DNA from: a virus | Direction: 5' to 3' (one strand) | DNA: 64,000 nt | IMG/VR virus record: IMGVR_UViG_3300035145_001165 | Coordinates: 16,458-80,457 of that record | In this document: positions 10,201 through 20,200 of the stretch, piece after piece | Layout of the letters: every line of letters starts with the position of its first letter | Position numbering within the stretch: position 1 is the first letter of the stretch | Position numbers and translations under genes: made by a program | Notes under the pieces: generated by a model | Database searches by the model: none | Told to the model about the DNA's origin: nothing | Seen by the model: the letters and a program-made list of their open reading frames with translations, nothing else

Positions 10201-13200
10201 GCTAACAACCTTGTAGTCTTTCTGGTTACCATCTGCCTCGTCACGAACAAAATCGCCAGGGGTCAGAGTGTAAACAGGAGCGTTACGAATGACATACTGT
10301 CTACCAAGGTCATCATCATACTTCTTAAAGTCGTCGCGGCCACCGTTAGGTTTCTCAGCAAGAATACCCGTAGCAGAACCGCTAGCGAGAATAGTAGCAG
10401 CGCCACTGTCATACTTCAGGTAAGGAAGTAGAGCGAAGTCACTACGTAGGATAAGGCGAGTAACGCCACCTTCAATATAAACCTTGTGGACTGTAGGCAG
10501 GTTACCACTGATCTCAGTGCTTTCACTGAAACCAGACCAAGCAACTGCCAGACCTTCAGTGAACACACCACCAGAAGTGCTGCTCAGTGTAACCTCAGTC
10601 AAGATTGTACCAGAGGTCAGTGCAGTACCAGCAGCGATGTTGGTATTAATAGTATGATCAAAAACCGTCAGTTCAATGCGGTTAGTACCACTGACACTCT
10701 TCTCTCTTGCAGATTCAATAGTAAACTTAACACCACAATCAGAAACCAGTTGCTTACTGTTGCCAGTCAGATATGGATCATAGTTAAAGTCATTCTGGAT
10801 TTCCAGGTTATTGCCATTAGGATCAATAGTAGGAGAACTACCAAAGAATACAGGCATATCTGTAGTGCCATCCACTGCTTCCAGAACAACTTTCTGGGGT
10901 CTTAGTCTTCTATTCTCGTCAGTTCTGACTTTAAGGACATAACCGAGCAGGGGTTCTCTAACGTTGTCGATCTCCTTCGGCACAACGTATCTGAGTCTGT
11001 AGATACGGTCATCTTCCCTACGGCGATCGTTGATACGCTTGATGTAGGTGTTGGAGGTGGAGATGATTTCTTCATTGACATATTCATCCAGGGTGGATAC
11101 ACGGTTGAAGATCGTGTTAGGTTGCTGAGCTGTATTCAGCACATCCAAGTACCACAGACCACTGCGGTTTGGAGATGCAGTCATCTCAGGGTCATACTTC
11201 AGCGGATGTCTGGTATTACAGGAGAACACAAAGATCTCATCCTGTCCAGAAACACCAACGGTGCCACTAGAGGTGAAGGAATACGGAATACCACCACCTT
11301 GAATTGCAAGTGCCGCAGTCTCTGCAACCTTGAACTTATTGATGTTGCCACTTGTATTGTCATAAATGGCATAGTACATCTTATTCGCATCGATGCCACC
11401 AGGCAATTGCGAACCAGGCTTAGCACGGAAGAACACAGCAGTTGCTGCTTTCGTGGCGAAACCTTTGTCAAAGACGTGGGGTGACTCCAGGGTGAATTCA
11501 TTAGTTGCAGGGTCAGCAACAGTAACCTTATACTTAAAGGGAGTCGGGTTCACATCGAAGATGTACTGATACATCTCAATCTGGACACCAGCGTTCAGTG
11601 CCTCAGGAATGTGAATAGCGTTACCAGCAGCAGCGTCATCCTCAGATGCTGCGAGCAGGAAGGTGTTCAGATCTTCTGTGGGGAAAGTCTGATCGGGAGG
11701 AACTGGTGCTGTATGGCGACCAGGAGCGATCACATAGTAGACCGTGTTGGGTTCCAGACCCTTAGGCAGTCTTACCAGAGCATCGTCAATGTTGGAATTA
11801 GTTCTTCTAGGAACCAGTCTGACAGGTGTACCAGTGTACAAACCGTGAGACTCAGGACAGGTGAAGATCGTAGCACGATATGTAATCGTCTCACCTTGAG
11901 CATTCTGTACCGACTGTGTTGCAGTGGACAGAGTATTAACAGTGAAGGTGTCGAAACCAGAAGGAGTCAGTTGTGCAGACTTCTCCTGAGGACCAGATTC
12001 ACCAGCAGCAATGTCTGGATCCAGTTTCGCATAGATTCGATCATCACGCTTACCACCGATCTTGTAGTCCTGCAGGATATAAGTTGGGGTGTTATCAGGA
12101 TCAGAAACTTCCTCAGCTTCACCATACAGATAGACACGAGTAGAACCAGAAGGTTCCTTCGATGCCAGGATGTCAACACCGTAGTACGGAGGTTGTGTGG
12201 TGTCGTCAAGGTCAATCGTCTCAGGAGGAACGATATCAGTAACGAAACCGTGCTTATCTTGGAAGAAGGCGAATCCCTTATATCCGATAGCATCCAGAGC
12301 GGTGTTACCGAAGTTAGAGTTAGAGTTGGTGATCGAGATGTCAGCACCAGACTCAATCAGGAAGTGATCTGCGAAACCCACCGCAAAGATCGACACCGCC
12401 TGAATGAATGCATCATTCGACAGTCTGACGTGAGCGTTTCTCCACTCGTTCTTAAAGTATGCTCTACCATCAGTGTGGTAGGGAGTGGTAGCAAACGAAC
12501 CTGTTGCCAGTTCTTCAGGGTCAGTGACAGCAACGCCGTTCCAAGCAGATTCAAACTGCGCAGTCTCTTCGTTGAACTTGGTGAATGCGCGGTCGTCTTT
12601 CTGCAGTGACACACCAGTGTACTGTGCGCACACCATCGACTTGAATCCAGTAACCTTAGATCCGTCAGCGTGCATACCTGCCAGACCCCAGGTAGAACGA
12701 ATCGACAGGTTAAAGATATAAGGTGATGCGGAGTCAACCGTATCGATCTCTGCCTGAACAATAGCGTTCTCGTTCAGTCTGTTTGGTGGCAGTGATGCTG
12801 TAGTATATGTTGTACCAGAAATCAGCGATGTGATGCTGGTATTAACACGGTAATAGAAAAGAGTATTATCTGCAGGGTCAAGACGGGTGATTAGGAACGA
12901 ACCGTGCAGATCGTTAGTCAGTCCAGTATCGTCAATAGTAACAAACTGACCCACGAAGTAACCGTGAGGTGCTTTTGTCTTGATCCTGATTTCAGTTGCG
13001 TTGCCACCCAACGCCTGAGGAGTGATCGACTCGATGACCTTTTTGTCAGAGAGAGGACCCACAATACGGTTTTCCAGGTCCGTCTCAGCAATAGCGCCGT
13101 CGGTATTGATGTCGGTGACCATATTTTCATAGGCATCACCGATCTTGTCGTAATAGAGTTCCAGATCTTCAGCGTCTGCAAACTCAAAGTTTGTAATCTT

Positions 13201-13779
13201 GTGGTGGGAGAAAGTCGGATCTGCCTTATTACCAGAGGCATCAAAGTAAACCTTCTGCTTACCATCAAAAATCGAGAATTGCCAGAAATAGCAACCACCA
13301 GTTACATTAAAGATGGATGTAGTAGGAATACTAGTATCCGTCGGGTTTGGCACATACAGAGGACGAATCTTAGTCTTCCTGAGGTCCATACCCACCAAGG
13401 AGGTACCTCTAGGAACAATAACACCACCAGTAGTCGAGTTAAACTTATAAAGATCGTTCTGGGAGTTACCCAGATCGAAGTTCACATTACTTGTGAAATC
13501 AGGAATTTGAGTGGCACTCGCAACACCAGGACGGTTGTCAATATAGTGGTCTCCAGGAGACAGCACAACTGTAAATTCGTCAAATCGGTCGTTATCAGGA
13601 CCTGATTTATACGAAAATCTAGCAACTTCCAGGAAAGCTCTCTGAACGCTCCTGAAAGGTCTAGTCGGGGAGTTACCCCTATTGTTTACGTCATCTGACG
13701 CATTAAAGTCGTCAGGCGACACATAAACAAAGCGTCCAGTCTTACTGGAAATTAGATTCTCTAGTCTGGTAAGTGCCAT
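7294..13779 (-). CDS. Large virion structural / tail-associated protein (2161 aa)
   Basis: N-terminus MALTRLEN...YVSPDDFNASD...GNSPTRPF typical of cyanomyovirus structural proteins; fibre-like GAVVIDGGLGV segment; C-terminal LTLPSAQKGDQIRILD baseplate-type domain; late-promoter-like ATAAATA upstream (~13816-13822). Confidence 0.8.
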   Translation of the reverse strand: MALTRLENLISSKTGRFVYVSPDDFNASDDVNNRGNSPTRPFRSVQRAFLEVARFSYKSGPDNDRFDEFTVVLSPGDHYIDNRPGVASATQIPDFTSNVNFDLGNSQNDLYKFNSTTGGVIVPRGTSLVGMDLRKTKIRPLYVPNPTDTSIPTTSIFNVTGGCYFWQFSIFDGKQKVYFDASGNKADPTFSHHKITNFEFADAEDLELYYDKIGDAYENMVTDINTDGAIAETDLENRIVGPLSDKKVIESITPQALGGNATEIRIKTKAPHGYFVGQFVTIDDTGLTNDLHGSFLITRLDPADNTLFYYRVNTSITSLISGTTYTTASLPPNRLNENAIVQAEIDTVDSASPYIFNLSIRSTWGLAGMHADGSKVTGFKSMVCAQYTGVSLQKDDRAFTKFNEETAQFESAWNGVAVTDPEELATGSFATTPYHTDGRAYFKNEWRNAHVRLSNDAFIQAVSIFAVGFADHFLIESGADISITNSNSNFGNTALDAIGYKGFAFFQDKHGFVTDIVPPETIDLDDTTQPPYYGVDILASKEPSGSTRVYLYGEAEEVSDPDNTPTYILQDYKIGGKRDDRIYAKLDPDIAAGESGPQEKSAQLTPSGFDTFTVNTLSTATQSVQNAQGETITYRATIFTCPESHGLYTGTPVRLVPRRTNSNIDDALVRLPKGLEPNTVYYVIAPGRHTAPVPPDQTFPTEDLNTFLLAASEDDAAAGNAIHIPEALNAGVQIEMYQYIFDVNPTPFKYKVTVADPATNEFTLESPHVFDKGFATKAATAVFFRAKPGSQLPGGIDANKMYYAIYDNTSGNINKFKVAETAALAIQGGGIPYSFTSSGTVGVSGQDEIFVFSCNTRHPLKYDPEMTASPNRSGLWYLDVLNTAQQPNTIFNRVSTLDEYVNEEIISTSNTYIKRINDRRREDDRIYRLRYVVPKEIDNVREPLLGYVLKVRTDENRRLRPQKVVLEAVDGTTDMPVFFGSSPTIDPNGNNLEIQNDFNYDPYLTGNSKQLVSDCGVKFTIESAREKSVSGTNRIELTVFDHTINTNIAAGTALTSGTILTEVTLSSTSGGVFTEGLAVAWSGFSESTEISGNLPTVHKVYIEGGVTRLILRSDFALLPYLKYDSGAATILASGSATGILAEKPNGGRDDFKKYDDDLGRQYVIRNAPVYTLTPGDFVRDEADGNQKDYKVVSVTDVEEVENTYYVYRVKTLRRRIYNQQDGIYYLTCLRGDFSPSVTEFNSFKFGHPTERLYPELFADDPLWFDPDGDGSTVKDAPATISVADNYVHGLVTADDNKNSITKESVTNLIANLDRSSTVTLEAQDGKAVASREDRRIGIEGTSSAVADRRVYMELRRPSQARSGNHTFEYTGFGPGNYSTAFPSRQEYVLSDDEVLFSQAKRQDGGVVFYSGLNANGDLFVGNQRINAISGEETKIDDSVLRVAGENADEDENTNDLTVDTLTVNNKVKFDLQNDFQISAPGGTFFSTPVTIEVGDQFANSSDDPGSLTIKSVANTGISSVDPALVETDMVFNPPFKPNTIQFAVWELNPRNVSSGLTYSIKASKDKTVPASESFKQEGTIELRGTETVGEAHRIANINYNTTMGWIWCQIDGFQQGETPSYGWREWGVIGADALTTYTTGAGSTSIATGSDMRLGVNLKNTRVTNGSVIPQQTLDVEGSGIFRNSLWVGGDNLNPTGIHAFRVYDDDGNGVGRVSINTGDSTEVVASVGLWVGGDVTVRAGAAGSGEVESVGGGQSNGNLTIDGTLTALSNGSHELVGDLTVTKDLFIRGGNAKMYRLDSDTSADNLRIDIKQDDVNRANNYATLQGQNLVVGDAVWSNDHFDDASTATLVIKADGSARIGDADGGIQMDLNSNVSIGEATPDSLQKLWVNGSTKIEISSTEAFTVFDDSDMRLKMVPTGQIDFVGDGTETDPNSRMHSTGALTLGDDLTIKKTDINADTTFTVDSATGNTVIGNDADNSGTLRVHSTAQSNDNDEGAVVIDGGLGVASNTNIGGNLDVDGNITANGGGLDINNGGDNNIKVYADGTVDLNQVTGYFTPTAGRRWDEVSTNTNLAVNVNYYVTTFSGASVELTLPSAQKGDQIRILDVTDALTYNKSIIVKTGTAIPVQGATDGTLVIQTPGAGIGLLYINAVIGWRLIEL

Positions 13780-13821
13780 TACCTAAAATATTATGATGGT
13801 GGTTGTCCTGTTTGATATTTA

Positions 13822-14073
13822 TCAGAGGAACATTCCCTTGTCTGACAAATATCTTAGTGTGGTCTTCATATCGCCAATGTGCTTCAAACCGACAGCACAC
13901 TGTGGATATGTTGCGTCTTCACCAAATTCATTGCGAAATTGATGATCCTCGAAATGTTTACCTAATTCGTATTTTTGGAAGTCATCGACTTCGCTGAGAT
14001 TTTCCAAAAGTGCTGCTAGACGCTCACACTCTTGGCTGCCGTTGCTATACAGTACTGCTGTGGTCATACTCAA
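13822..14073 (-). CDS. Glutaredoxin-like protein with atypical SQEC active-site motif
   Basis: AVLYSNGSQECER...EFGEDATYPQ...HIG glutaredoxin fold pattern. Confidence 0.65.
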   Translation of the reverse strand: MSMTTAVLYSNGSQECERLAALLENLSEVDDFQKYELGKHFEDHQFRNEFGEDATYPQCAVGLKHIGDMKTTLRYLSDKGMFL

Positions 14074-14236
14074 TTACAATTTTTTTATAGGAAGATTTCC
14101 TATCAACCACTATGTAGTGTTTTACTTCACCGTCAAGAAGTTCACCGATACTTTGTACAAGATTATCAGCAATATTCTTGTTAGAGGCTTTACGCCAATC
14201 TTCAGCATTGGAACTAGTCACGTTGTCTCCAGTCAT
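14045..14236 (-). CDS. Hypothetical protein
   Basis: Fills the gap between co-oriented genes; start uncertain. Confidence 0.55.
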   Translation of the reverse strand: MTGDNVTSSNAEDWRKASNKNIADNLVQSIGELLDGEVKHYIVVDRKSSYKKIVIEYDHSSTV

Positions 14237-14528
14237 CAGGTTTATCTTGCTTGAACCAATCTACGATTTCATCAGCACCATCGAACCCCGTTTTGTAATT
14301 AGATGGGTCGGGGTCGCCTAATCCCATCTTATTCATAAAATCATCCATACTGCCCTCCTCAATATCCTGAGCAGCTTGACGGCGTGCTTTGTTTAACCAG
14401 TCGCGAGCAGTAGTATGGCGCTTTGCCAACTTTTCTGCCCAAATCATATCATCTAGTTTAACCTCTTCTTTGTTAGCAATTTTTTTACAAATGAACTCTA
14501 AACGTAGTCGATACTGGGTAGAAAGCAT
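14214..14528 (-). CDS. Conserved cyanophage/cyanobacterial hypothetical protein
   Basis: MLSTQYRLRLEFIC...MIWAEKL...KPDDWRQRD. Confidence 0.7.
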   Translation of the reverse strand: MLSTQYRLRLEFICKKIANKEEVKLDDMIWAEKLAKRHTTARDWLNKARRQAAQDIEEGSMDDFMNKMGLGDPDPSNYKTGFDGADEIVDWFKQDKPDDWRQRD

Positions 14529-14726
14529 TTAGTCTTTTCGCAGTTTTCCTTCTAATTCCGAAATTCTGTTGAATTCAGCGTATGCTTGTTCTGAACGCTC
14601 CGCAAGAATATCTAAGATATCTTCGCGGATGGTGTCGTTGTCAACATAGTCGTCAAGGTATTTATCGAGAGCTTCCTTGAGATACCTGTATCTATGCCAT
14701 TCTGGTGAATAAGGTTTGTAATGCAT
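14529..14726 (-). CDS. Hypothetical protein
   Basis: Abuts the next gene; YKPYSPEWHR. Confidence 0.65.
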   Translation of the reverse strand: MHYKPYSPEWHRYRYLKEALDKYLDDYVDNDTIREDILDILAERSEQAYAEFNRISELEGKLRKD

Positions 14727-14741
14727 AACAGAAAAAATAAA

Positions 14742-14813
14742 CTCCCCCTCCTGGGATCGAACCAGGGACCAAACGATTAACAGTCGTTCGCTCTACCGCT
14801 GAGCTAAGGAGGA
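14742..14813 (-). tRNA. tRNA-Asn (GTT)
   Basis: TCCTCCTTAGCTCAGCGGTAGAGCGAACGACTGTTAATCGTTTGGTCCCTGGTTCGATCCCAGGAGGGGGAG folds as a cloverleaf. Confidence 0.95.
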
Positions 14814-14833
14814 ATGAAACCAGCGGTGCTGGG

Positions 14834-14998
14834 TTAAGAGGAATACTCCCCTAAAATATCGAGAACCTGAGAAAGGGCGTGGTGAGCGCCATCGTGCCAC
14901 TCACCACTTTTATCTCGATGCTCTCCATTATACAGCGCAGTCTTCATTTTGTAAACCCGCGCTTCAATGTCAATTTTAGACATACGAGATCTAGGCAT
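14834..14998 (-). CDS. Small hypothetical protein (54 aa)
   Basis: Likely start MPRSRMSKIDIEAR at 14998, directly after the upstream stop; the track start overlaps the upstream gene. Confidence 0.65.
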   Translation of the reverse strand: MPRSRMSKIDIEARVYKMKTALYNGEHRDKSGEWHDGAHHALSQVLDILGEYSS

Positions 14999-14999
14999 T

Positions 15000-15854
15000 T
15001 TAGAACCAATCGGAGGACCATTCCTCAGATGCCTGAGGACCACCTTCACCGTCTTGTGCAGGAGCAGAAGGAGCGATGTTGGGGTTGCCAGGAGCTGCGT
15101 TTTGTCCAGCACCCTCAAGTTGATCAGCAAGACGCTCACGTGCTTCGTTTTCGCTAACGAGTTCAACGTTGAACGAGAACGTCATACGGAGTTTACCGTC
15201 AGGATTCTTCTCAATGGTAGGTTGACGCTGCACCATATGATCCATCTGAGAGGGGAAGATGACAACATCACCCTCTGCAACAGTCAGAGACATTTCTTCC
15301 TTATAACAACCATACCCGAACATATCAGGATCGTAGTAATGCTTGTTATAACGAGGTCCTTCCGTATACATCTTGTTAGGATTCAGGAAGGTAGTGCCAC
15401 TGTGCAGATTCGGGTCAAAAGTGATGTAGTAGATGCCCGAAAGGTGTGACGGAACGTGATTGTGAGGTTCCTGATTTTGACCAGGACCATATGCGTTAAA
15501 CCACTGTTGCGCAACCAAGAATGCGTGAGGATAGAACTCTGCAGACTTAATCGCCTCTTGGAGGTTCACAGAAATGTCTGCGAGAAGTGCTTGCACCTCG
15601 ATTTCTTCTTCTTTAGTATGATCTTGCATACTTTCATCGAAGAAACTGGTATAGCAGTCACAGTTCCAGCAAGCTTGACCGTCTGTGCTACGGGTATTGC
15701 TGTTAGAACCGTTTACGTCCCGATAACGCTTTTCAAGAATCGGAACGAGGATTTCTTTCCATTTTTCGTGTGTCGCTAATTTGCCACGATACACGAAAGT
15801 CGGAAAGACAGAAAACAGACCATATTGGTCTTGTTTGTTGGAAGGTTGCGACAT
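15000..15854 (-). CDS. 2OG-Fe(II) oxygenase (TIGR02466-like)
   Basis: WFNAY...QEPHNH...LSGIYY...EGDVVIFPS.MDHMV...RMTFSFN. Confidence 0.85.
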   Translation of the reverse strand: MSQPSNKQDQYGLFSVFPTFVYRGKLATHEKWKEILVPILEKRYRDVNGSNSNTRSTDGQACWNCDCYTSFFDESMQDHTKEEEIEVQALLADISVNLQEAIKSAEFYPHAFLVAQQWFNAYGPGQNQEPHNHVPSHLSGIYYITFDPNLHSGTTFLNPNKMYTEGPRYNKHYYDPDMFGYGCYKEEMSLTVAEGDVVIFPSQMDHMVQRQPTIEKNPDGKLRMTFSFNVELVSENEARERLADQLEGAGQNAAPGNPNIAPSAPAQDGEGGPQASEEWSSDWF

Positions 15855-15917
15855 AACGACGTTATAACGAATCGTGAGTATTTATTATAGAAGAGAAGGG
15901 CGGTTTTGACCACCCTA

Positions 15918-16002
15918 TGCGAGTGGCGGGACTTGAACCCGCAAGAACGCTACGTTCGGCAGATTTTAAGTCTGATGTGTTTACCAATTTCACCACACTC
16001 GC
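15918..16002 (-). tRNA. tRNA-Leu (TAA)
   Basis: GCGAGTGTGGTGAAATTGGTAAACAC...GACTTAAAATC, long variable arm, GGTTCAAGTCCCGCCACTCGCA. Confidence 0.93.
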
Positions 16003-16004
16003 AA

Positions 16005-16044
16005 AAAACCTAAAAAGTCGAAAAATTGGCGGACTTTTTTTTCC
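16005..16044. repeat. 40-bp imperfect direct repeat, copy 1 (AAAACCT...TTGGCGGA.T8CC)
   Basis: 31/40 ungapped identity with 20647-20686 by manual alignment. Confidence 0.7.
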
Positions 16045-16074
16045 GACTTTTTGGTAATCAAAAGGCGAATTTGG

Positions 16075-16263
16075 TCAGGTAGTAGGTTCGACGTAAACCA
16101 TATAGTCTTCACCCTGATCGCGGCAGCGTTCAAGCATCACCATAAATGCTTCATAGTTGTCAGAGCAGTCAAGGGTGCGGTGCTCACCTTCATCAGAAAT
16201 GAGGTGGATCGCTCGGGACTGGATGTCCACGATGATCTTTTCAACAACAGCGTCAGGAGACAT
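16075..16263 (-). CDS. Hypothetical protein
   Basis: ORF preceded by extended -10 TGCTATAAT (~16287-16295). Confidence 0.65.
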   Translation of the reverse strand: MSPDAVVEKIIVDIQSRAIHLISDEGEHRTLDCSDNYEAFMVMLERCRDQGEDYMVYVEPTT

Positions 16264-16307
16264 AGGTCTTTGTCAGTACCCCGTAATTATAGCACACGGG
16301 TTGTGCT

Positions 16308-17219
16308 TTAGTTGATGAAGACGGTCGCTCCAGCAATTGTCACATTGGCAGTGGCAGTCACCGTTGCGTTCACGCCTGCTGCTATTGTAACAGATCCAGC
16401 GCCTGCTGTCATCACATTGTTACCAGCTACAACATTGGTGATCTTGTTACCGACCACGACGGTGTTGACATCGTTACCAGTCATAATCTTTTCGACCCTA
16501 CCGAGACCGCCTGAGGCACCGATGATCGTGGTCTTGGTAGGACCACCAGGAGGGATTGTAGGCAGAGGAGGGACAGGAGGGAGTCCTAGAATCTTCTCAG
16601 ACTCTCTACCACCAATAGTTTTCTCGTGATCACCCTTAACCACAGTGACCATATGACCCATACTCATCAGAGTAAAAGTACCTCTGGGATCAGTCATTGC
16701 AATGGTTCTTTCACCAAAGATAATATCATTTTGAGGTCCAGTAATAGTCTCCGCTTTGATATCAGTCATAGCTTCCACTTTAGGAGCATTCTGAACAACT
16801 TTAGACTTACCGTTCAAAATAATAGATTGATCGGCATTAACAGTAAAGTTCTTGGCAGCATTAAAGTTAATGTTACCCTCCGACCGCATATTAATGTCTT
16901 TATATGCGTGGACATCTAACTGCCCATCAACCTCTAGTGTGCAAGCACCACCAACCTCGATATTAGCATCCTGCTCAACTTTGATGAGAGCATCACCATA
17001 TGCGTGAACCAGAAGCTTACCAGAGTTAGGGTTGTCGGCAGGAACCTTAACTGCTTTGATCTGGACACTACCATCTTGCCTTAAGTAGACGTGGTGTCCA
17101 TCTTTATGTTGAATTAATTGATATGGTTTGTCTGGATTATCACAAACCTGCCATATATGACCAGATCTGCTAACCTCGCTTTTAGTATTCTTCTTTTTTG
17201 GATCTGACTTACTAGACAT
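16308..17219 (-). CDS. gp5-like baseplate spike, C-terminal beta-helix part
   Basis: SRSGHIW...DGSV; VxG repeats; terminal VTIAGATVFIN; start MSSKSD overlaps the upstream stop. Confidence 0.75.
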   Translation of the reverse strand: MSSKSDPKKKNTKSEVSRSGHIWQVCDNPDKPYQLIQHKDGHHVYLRQDGSVQIKAVKVPADNPNSGKLLVHAYGDALIKVEQDANIEVGGACTLEVDGQLDVHAYKDINMRSEGNINFNAAKNFTVNADQSIILNGKSKVVQNAPKVEAMTDIKAETITGPQNDIIFGERTIAMTDPRGTFTLMSMGHMVTVVKGDHEKTIGGRESEKILGLPPVPPLPTIPPGGPTKTTIIGASGGLGRVEKIMTGNDVNTVVVGNKITNVVAGNNVMTAGAGSVTIAAGVNATVTATANVTIAGATVFIN

Positions 17220-20200
17220 TACGGGCAATCAACGTAGTTAGCAGGATCTCTAGCGAGACCTTGGAGAATAAGTTCGGACTGTTCTTCAGGAACACACTGC
17301 AGATCTGGTTTAGCATATGCACCAAATCCGCCACCACCAGTGATGATGACTTCAGGAAGTTCAAGGTAATTCTGACCACCTTTGACCAGAACAATACCAT
17401 CCACAAAACCTTCATCAGAAATAGTTGCTTTAGCAATAGAACTATCTCCATTTACATATACTGTAGGTGCAGAAGTATAGAGACCACCAACATTAGTAAT
17501 AGCAAATCCTACCAGTTGACAAACAACATTAGTAGGTTTTGGTTTACCAGCATAACCTTGTCCAGGTCTAACAACTTTAACTCGTGTCAGATAACCTTCA
17601 CTATTGAGAATTGGTTCAATATAAGCACCAAATCCTCTTGCATTATCTTCAATTGAGATGAAAGGTCTCGCACGGTATCTTCTGCCAGACTTCAGAACTG
17701 CGATGTCAATAATACCACCGTCATCATCGATAACAGGAGTATCCAAGACAGGGAGACCATCATCATCGTCATCATCACCATCGAATATAATATCAGGTTG
17801 CTGATCAACATCGGCACGGATAACAATGGTAGCAGTTGCTGCATAGTCATTGATCGTGAACGACAGATTTTCTGCCAACTCACGCTCACTATCTTCTAAC
17901 ACATTGACAACCAGTTCACCCTTATTGCCTTCAATATAAACAGAACCTTCTAATGGTTCTAAAATATCACTCTGTGTAATTTGAGAACCGAACAAGGTGT
18001 AATTCAAACGCTCACCATCTTGGAAGTTTGTAGTAGTGACAGTAAATGTCACCGACTCTCCCTCTTCTACAGCAACTTTATCTGCAGCAACAGAAACAGA
18101 CTTAGCATTAGGATCAAGAACACCAGTTGCTACAGGATCCAACACAGCACAACCTGCTGCAACACCTAAACCGTTCAACTCAACGAAAATTTGCTCAGCA
18201 ACTTCGTTAGTGTCTTCTACAACACCATCATCTAGAAGTGCGATAGTGACTGAAGCTTGGTTATCAATGACAGTAAACTGGCGACCCATATCAGCAGGAC
18301 CAGTAACGTAACTCCGCTTACCATCTTCAACCACATATGAAATGTCTGCGAAGGTGATACCTGTGGACTCTCTTCCGATGGTGTAGTTGATTGTTGTTCC
18401 ATCCTCTACATTGTTGGTTTGTAAATTAAATGTAACCTCTTGTCCTTCATACACAACAGTTTTATCTGCTGTGAGTAGGTAAACAGGTGTGTCAAAGTCA
18501 AGAATAGATGCGGATCCAATTCCACCACCTGTATCCAAATTAGGAACAGTAGGATCACCTAACAATATATTGTTATCTAAGATCCAGATCTTACCTACAT
18601 CTTTAGGAACATCACCACAACCATCAGTCTTGATCTTAAGGAAGAAATACTTGTTACCCTCCTGAACATTGTCAGAGATAGTACGAACTTGAATAGTTTT
18701 TTCTACCTCGCCAACACCAAATCCTAAGAAACCACTTACAGGACAATAATCTTCGTTTGCTTTCGCAGTACCATCAATAGTATAGTAATTAAAAGAGTTT
18801 GAAGTAGAGGTGTCGCCGTTGCGTCTGACTTTAATTTCAGCAATAGATCCTTCGGGAACACCACCAGTCTCAGGAATATCTTCTACCCTAATAGTCCTTG
18901 CGGAACAAATAGCATTAGTAATGTCCTCGAAACCAATACCAGTACCAGTGCCAGCGCCAGTACCGTCACCAGTACCAACTCCATCACCGTCAAGACCATC
19001 ACTATCAGTGTCGCCTCCACCTGAACTGTTGGGAACTTGCGGACCCCACACGTTTACTTCAGTGGTGTGTTCTGGTTCAGTTAAGGCATCGGCACAGTAA
19101 CTATCGATAGGAAGATGGTTGCCAGACTCTAGTGCAGCGAGCAGTTCATCGAGATCGTTGTATCCCGCCTTGAGTCCTTCAAAACCACCTTCCTTGCTGT
19201 CTTTTTTCTTAGGACCACTCTTGCAGGCAGCGTTACCAGAGCAAGAGATGCCCAGCAGATTCATAATAGATGAAAGACCACCGCCAACAACATCAACTGC
19301 ACTACCAATAGCACCGAGGACAGAACTAAGTCCACCGAATACAGTATTAATAATACCAGACATCTCGGACAGAACGCGACCCAAGATAGCGTCAACAAAA
19401 CGCTTCGCCTGACACGCTGCAAAGGAAACAATGTCTCCGATGTATCCCAAGAGAATACCTTCGACAAAATCTGACATTCTGTCGATGAGGTTCTCCATAG
19501 TACACCCCATTTTCTCTAGCATCTGGGTGAACCAATCCACCACAGGTTTAAGAACACCAGGAAGAGGTGCCAACAGAGCTTTAATTAATGCTTGGATGCC
19601 TTTTTTGATCTGATTCATCAGTTCGCCAAACGCTCTGCTGATAGCAGCAGAAACGACTGCCTGAACTCTAGTAATATATCCCTGAGCAATTGATTGCAAC
19701 TCAAAGATACCACCAGTGTACTTACTAATGTAGTAACTACCAATGTTACCGTTAGTATGCTGCAGTGTGGCGAAGAATTCTCCTAGGATGTTTTCGATCT
19801 TGCTGCCAGGATCTGTAGCACACTTACCATCTGCTACAGTAACAGAGAATGTTCCTGCTTGGTTTGCATTGCTAGCAGGAGTTGAAATTGCTGAAACCTG
19901 TCTGCTTTCATCTTCATCACCAGTAGCACCAATTTGTTTTGAACCTAAGTTAGGATTCTTGTCTGGTTGGTCTCCAGTGACGTGTGATGCAGGGTTAGGT
20001 TGATCACCAGCTTCAGCATCCTGGGTGAGGTAACGCTGCAATGCTTGATATTCTGTAGCAGGATTGTCTTTACTAGATCCAGCAACAGCATTTTGCACAC
20101 CGATAACAAGACGCTGCTTGCTATCACCATTAATCAAGGATGCCCATACAATGTCACCTCGCTTCAGGTTATGTCCCGAACCAGAGGTACCTGTGCCACC

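Noticed and set aside
7822-13605. Long plus-strand ORFs (480, 332 and 233 aa)
   Set aside because: Antisense shadows of the 2161-aa gene with no recognisable motifs.
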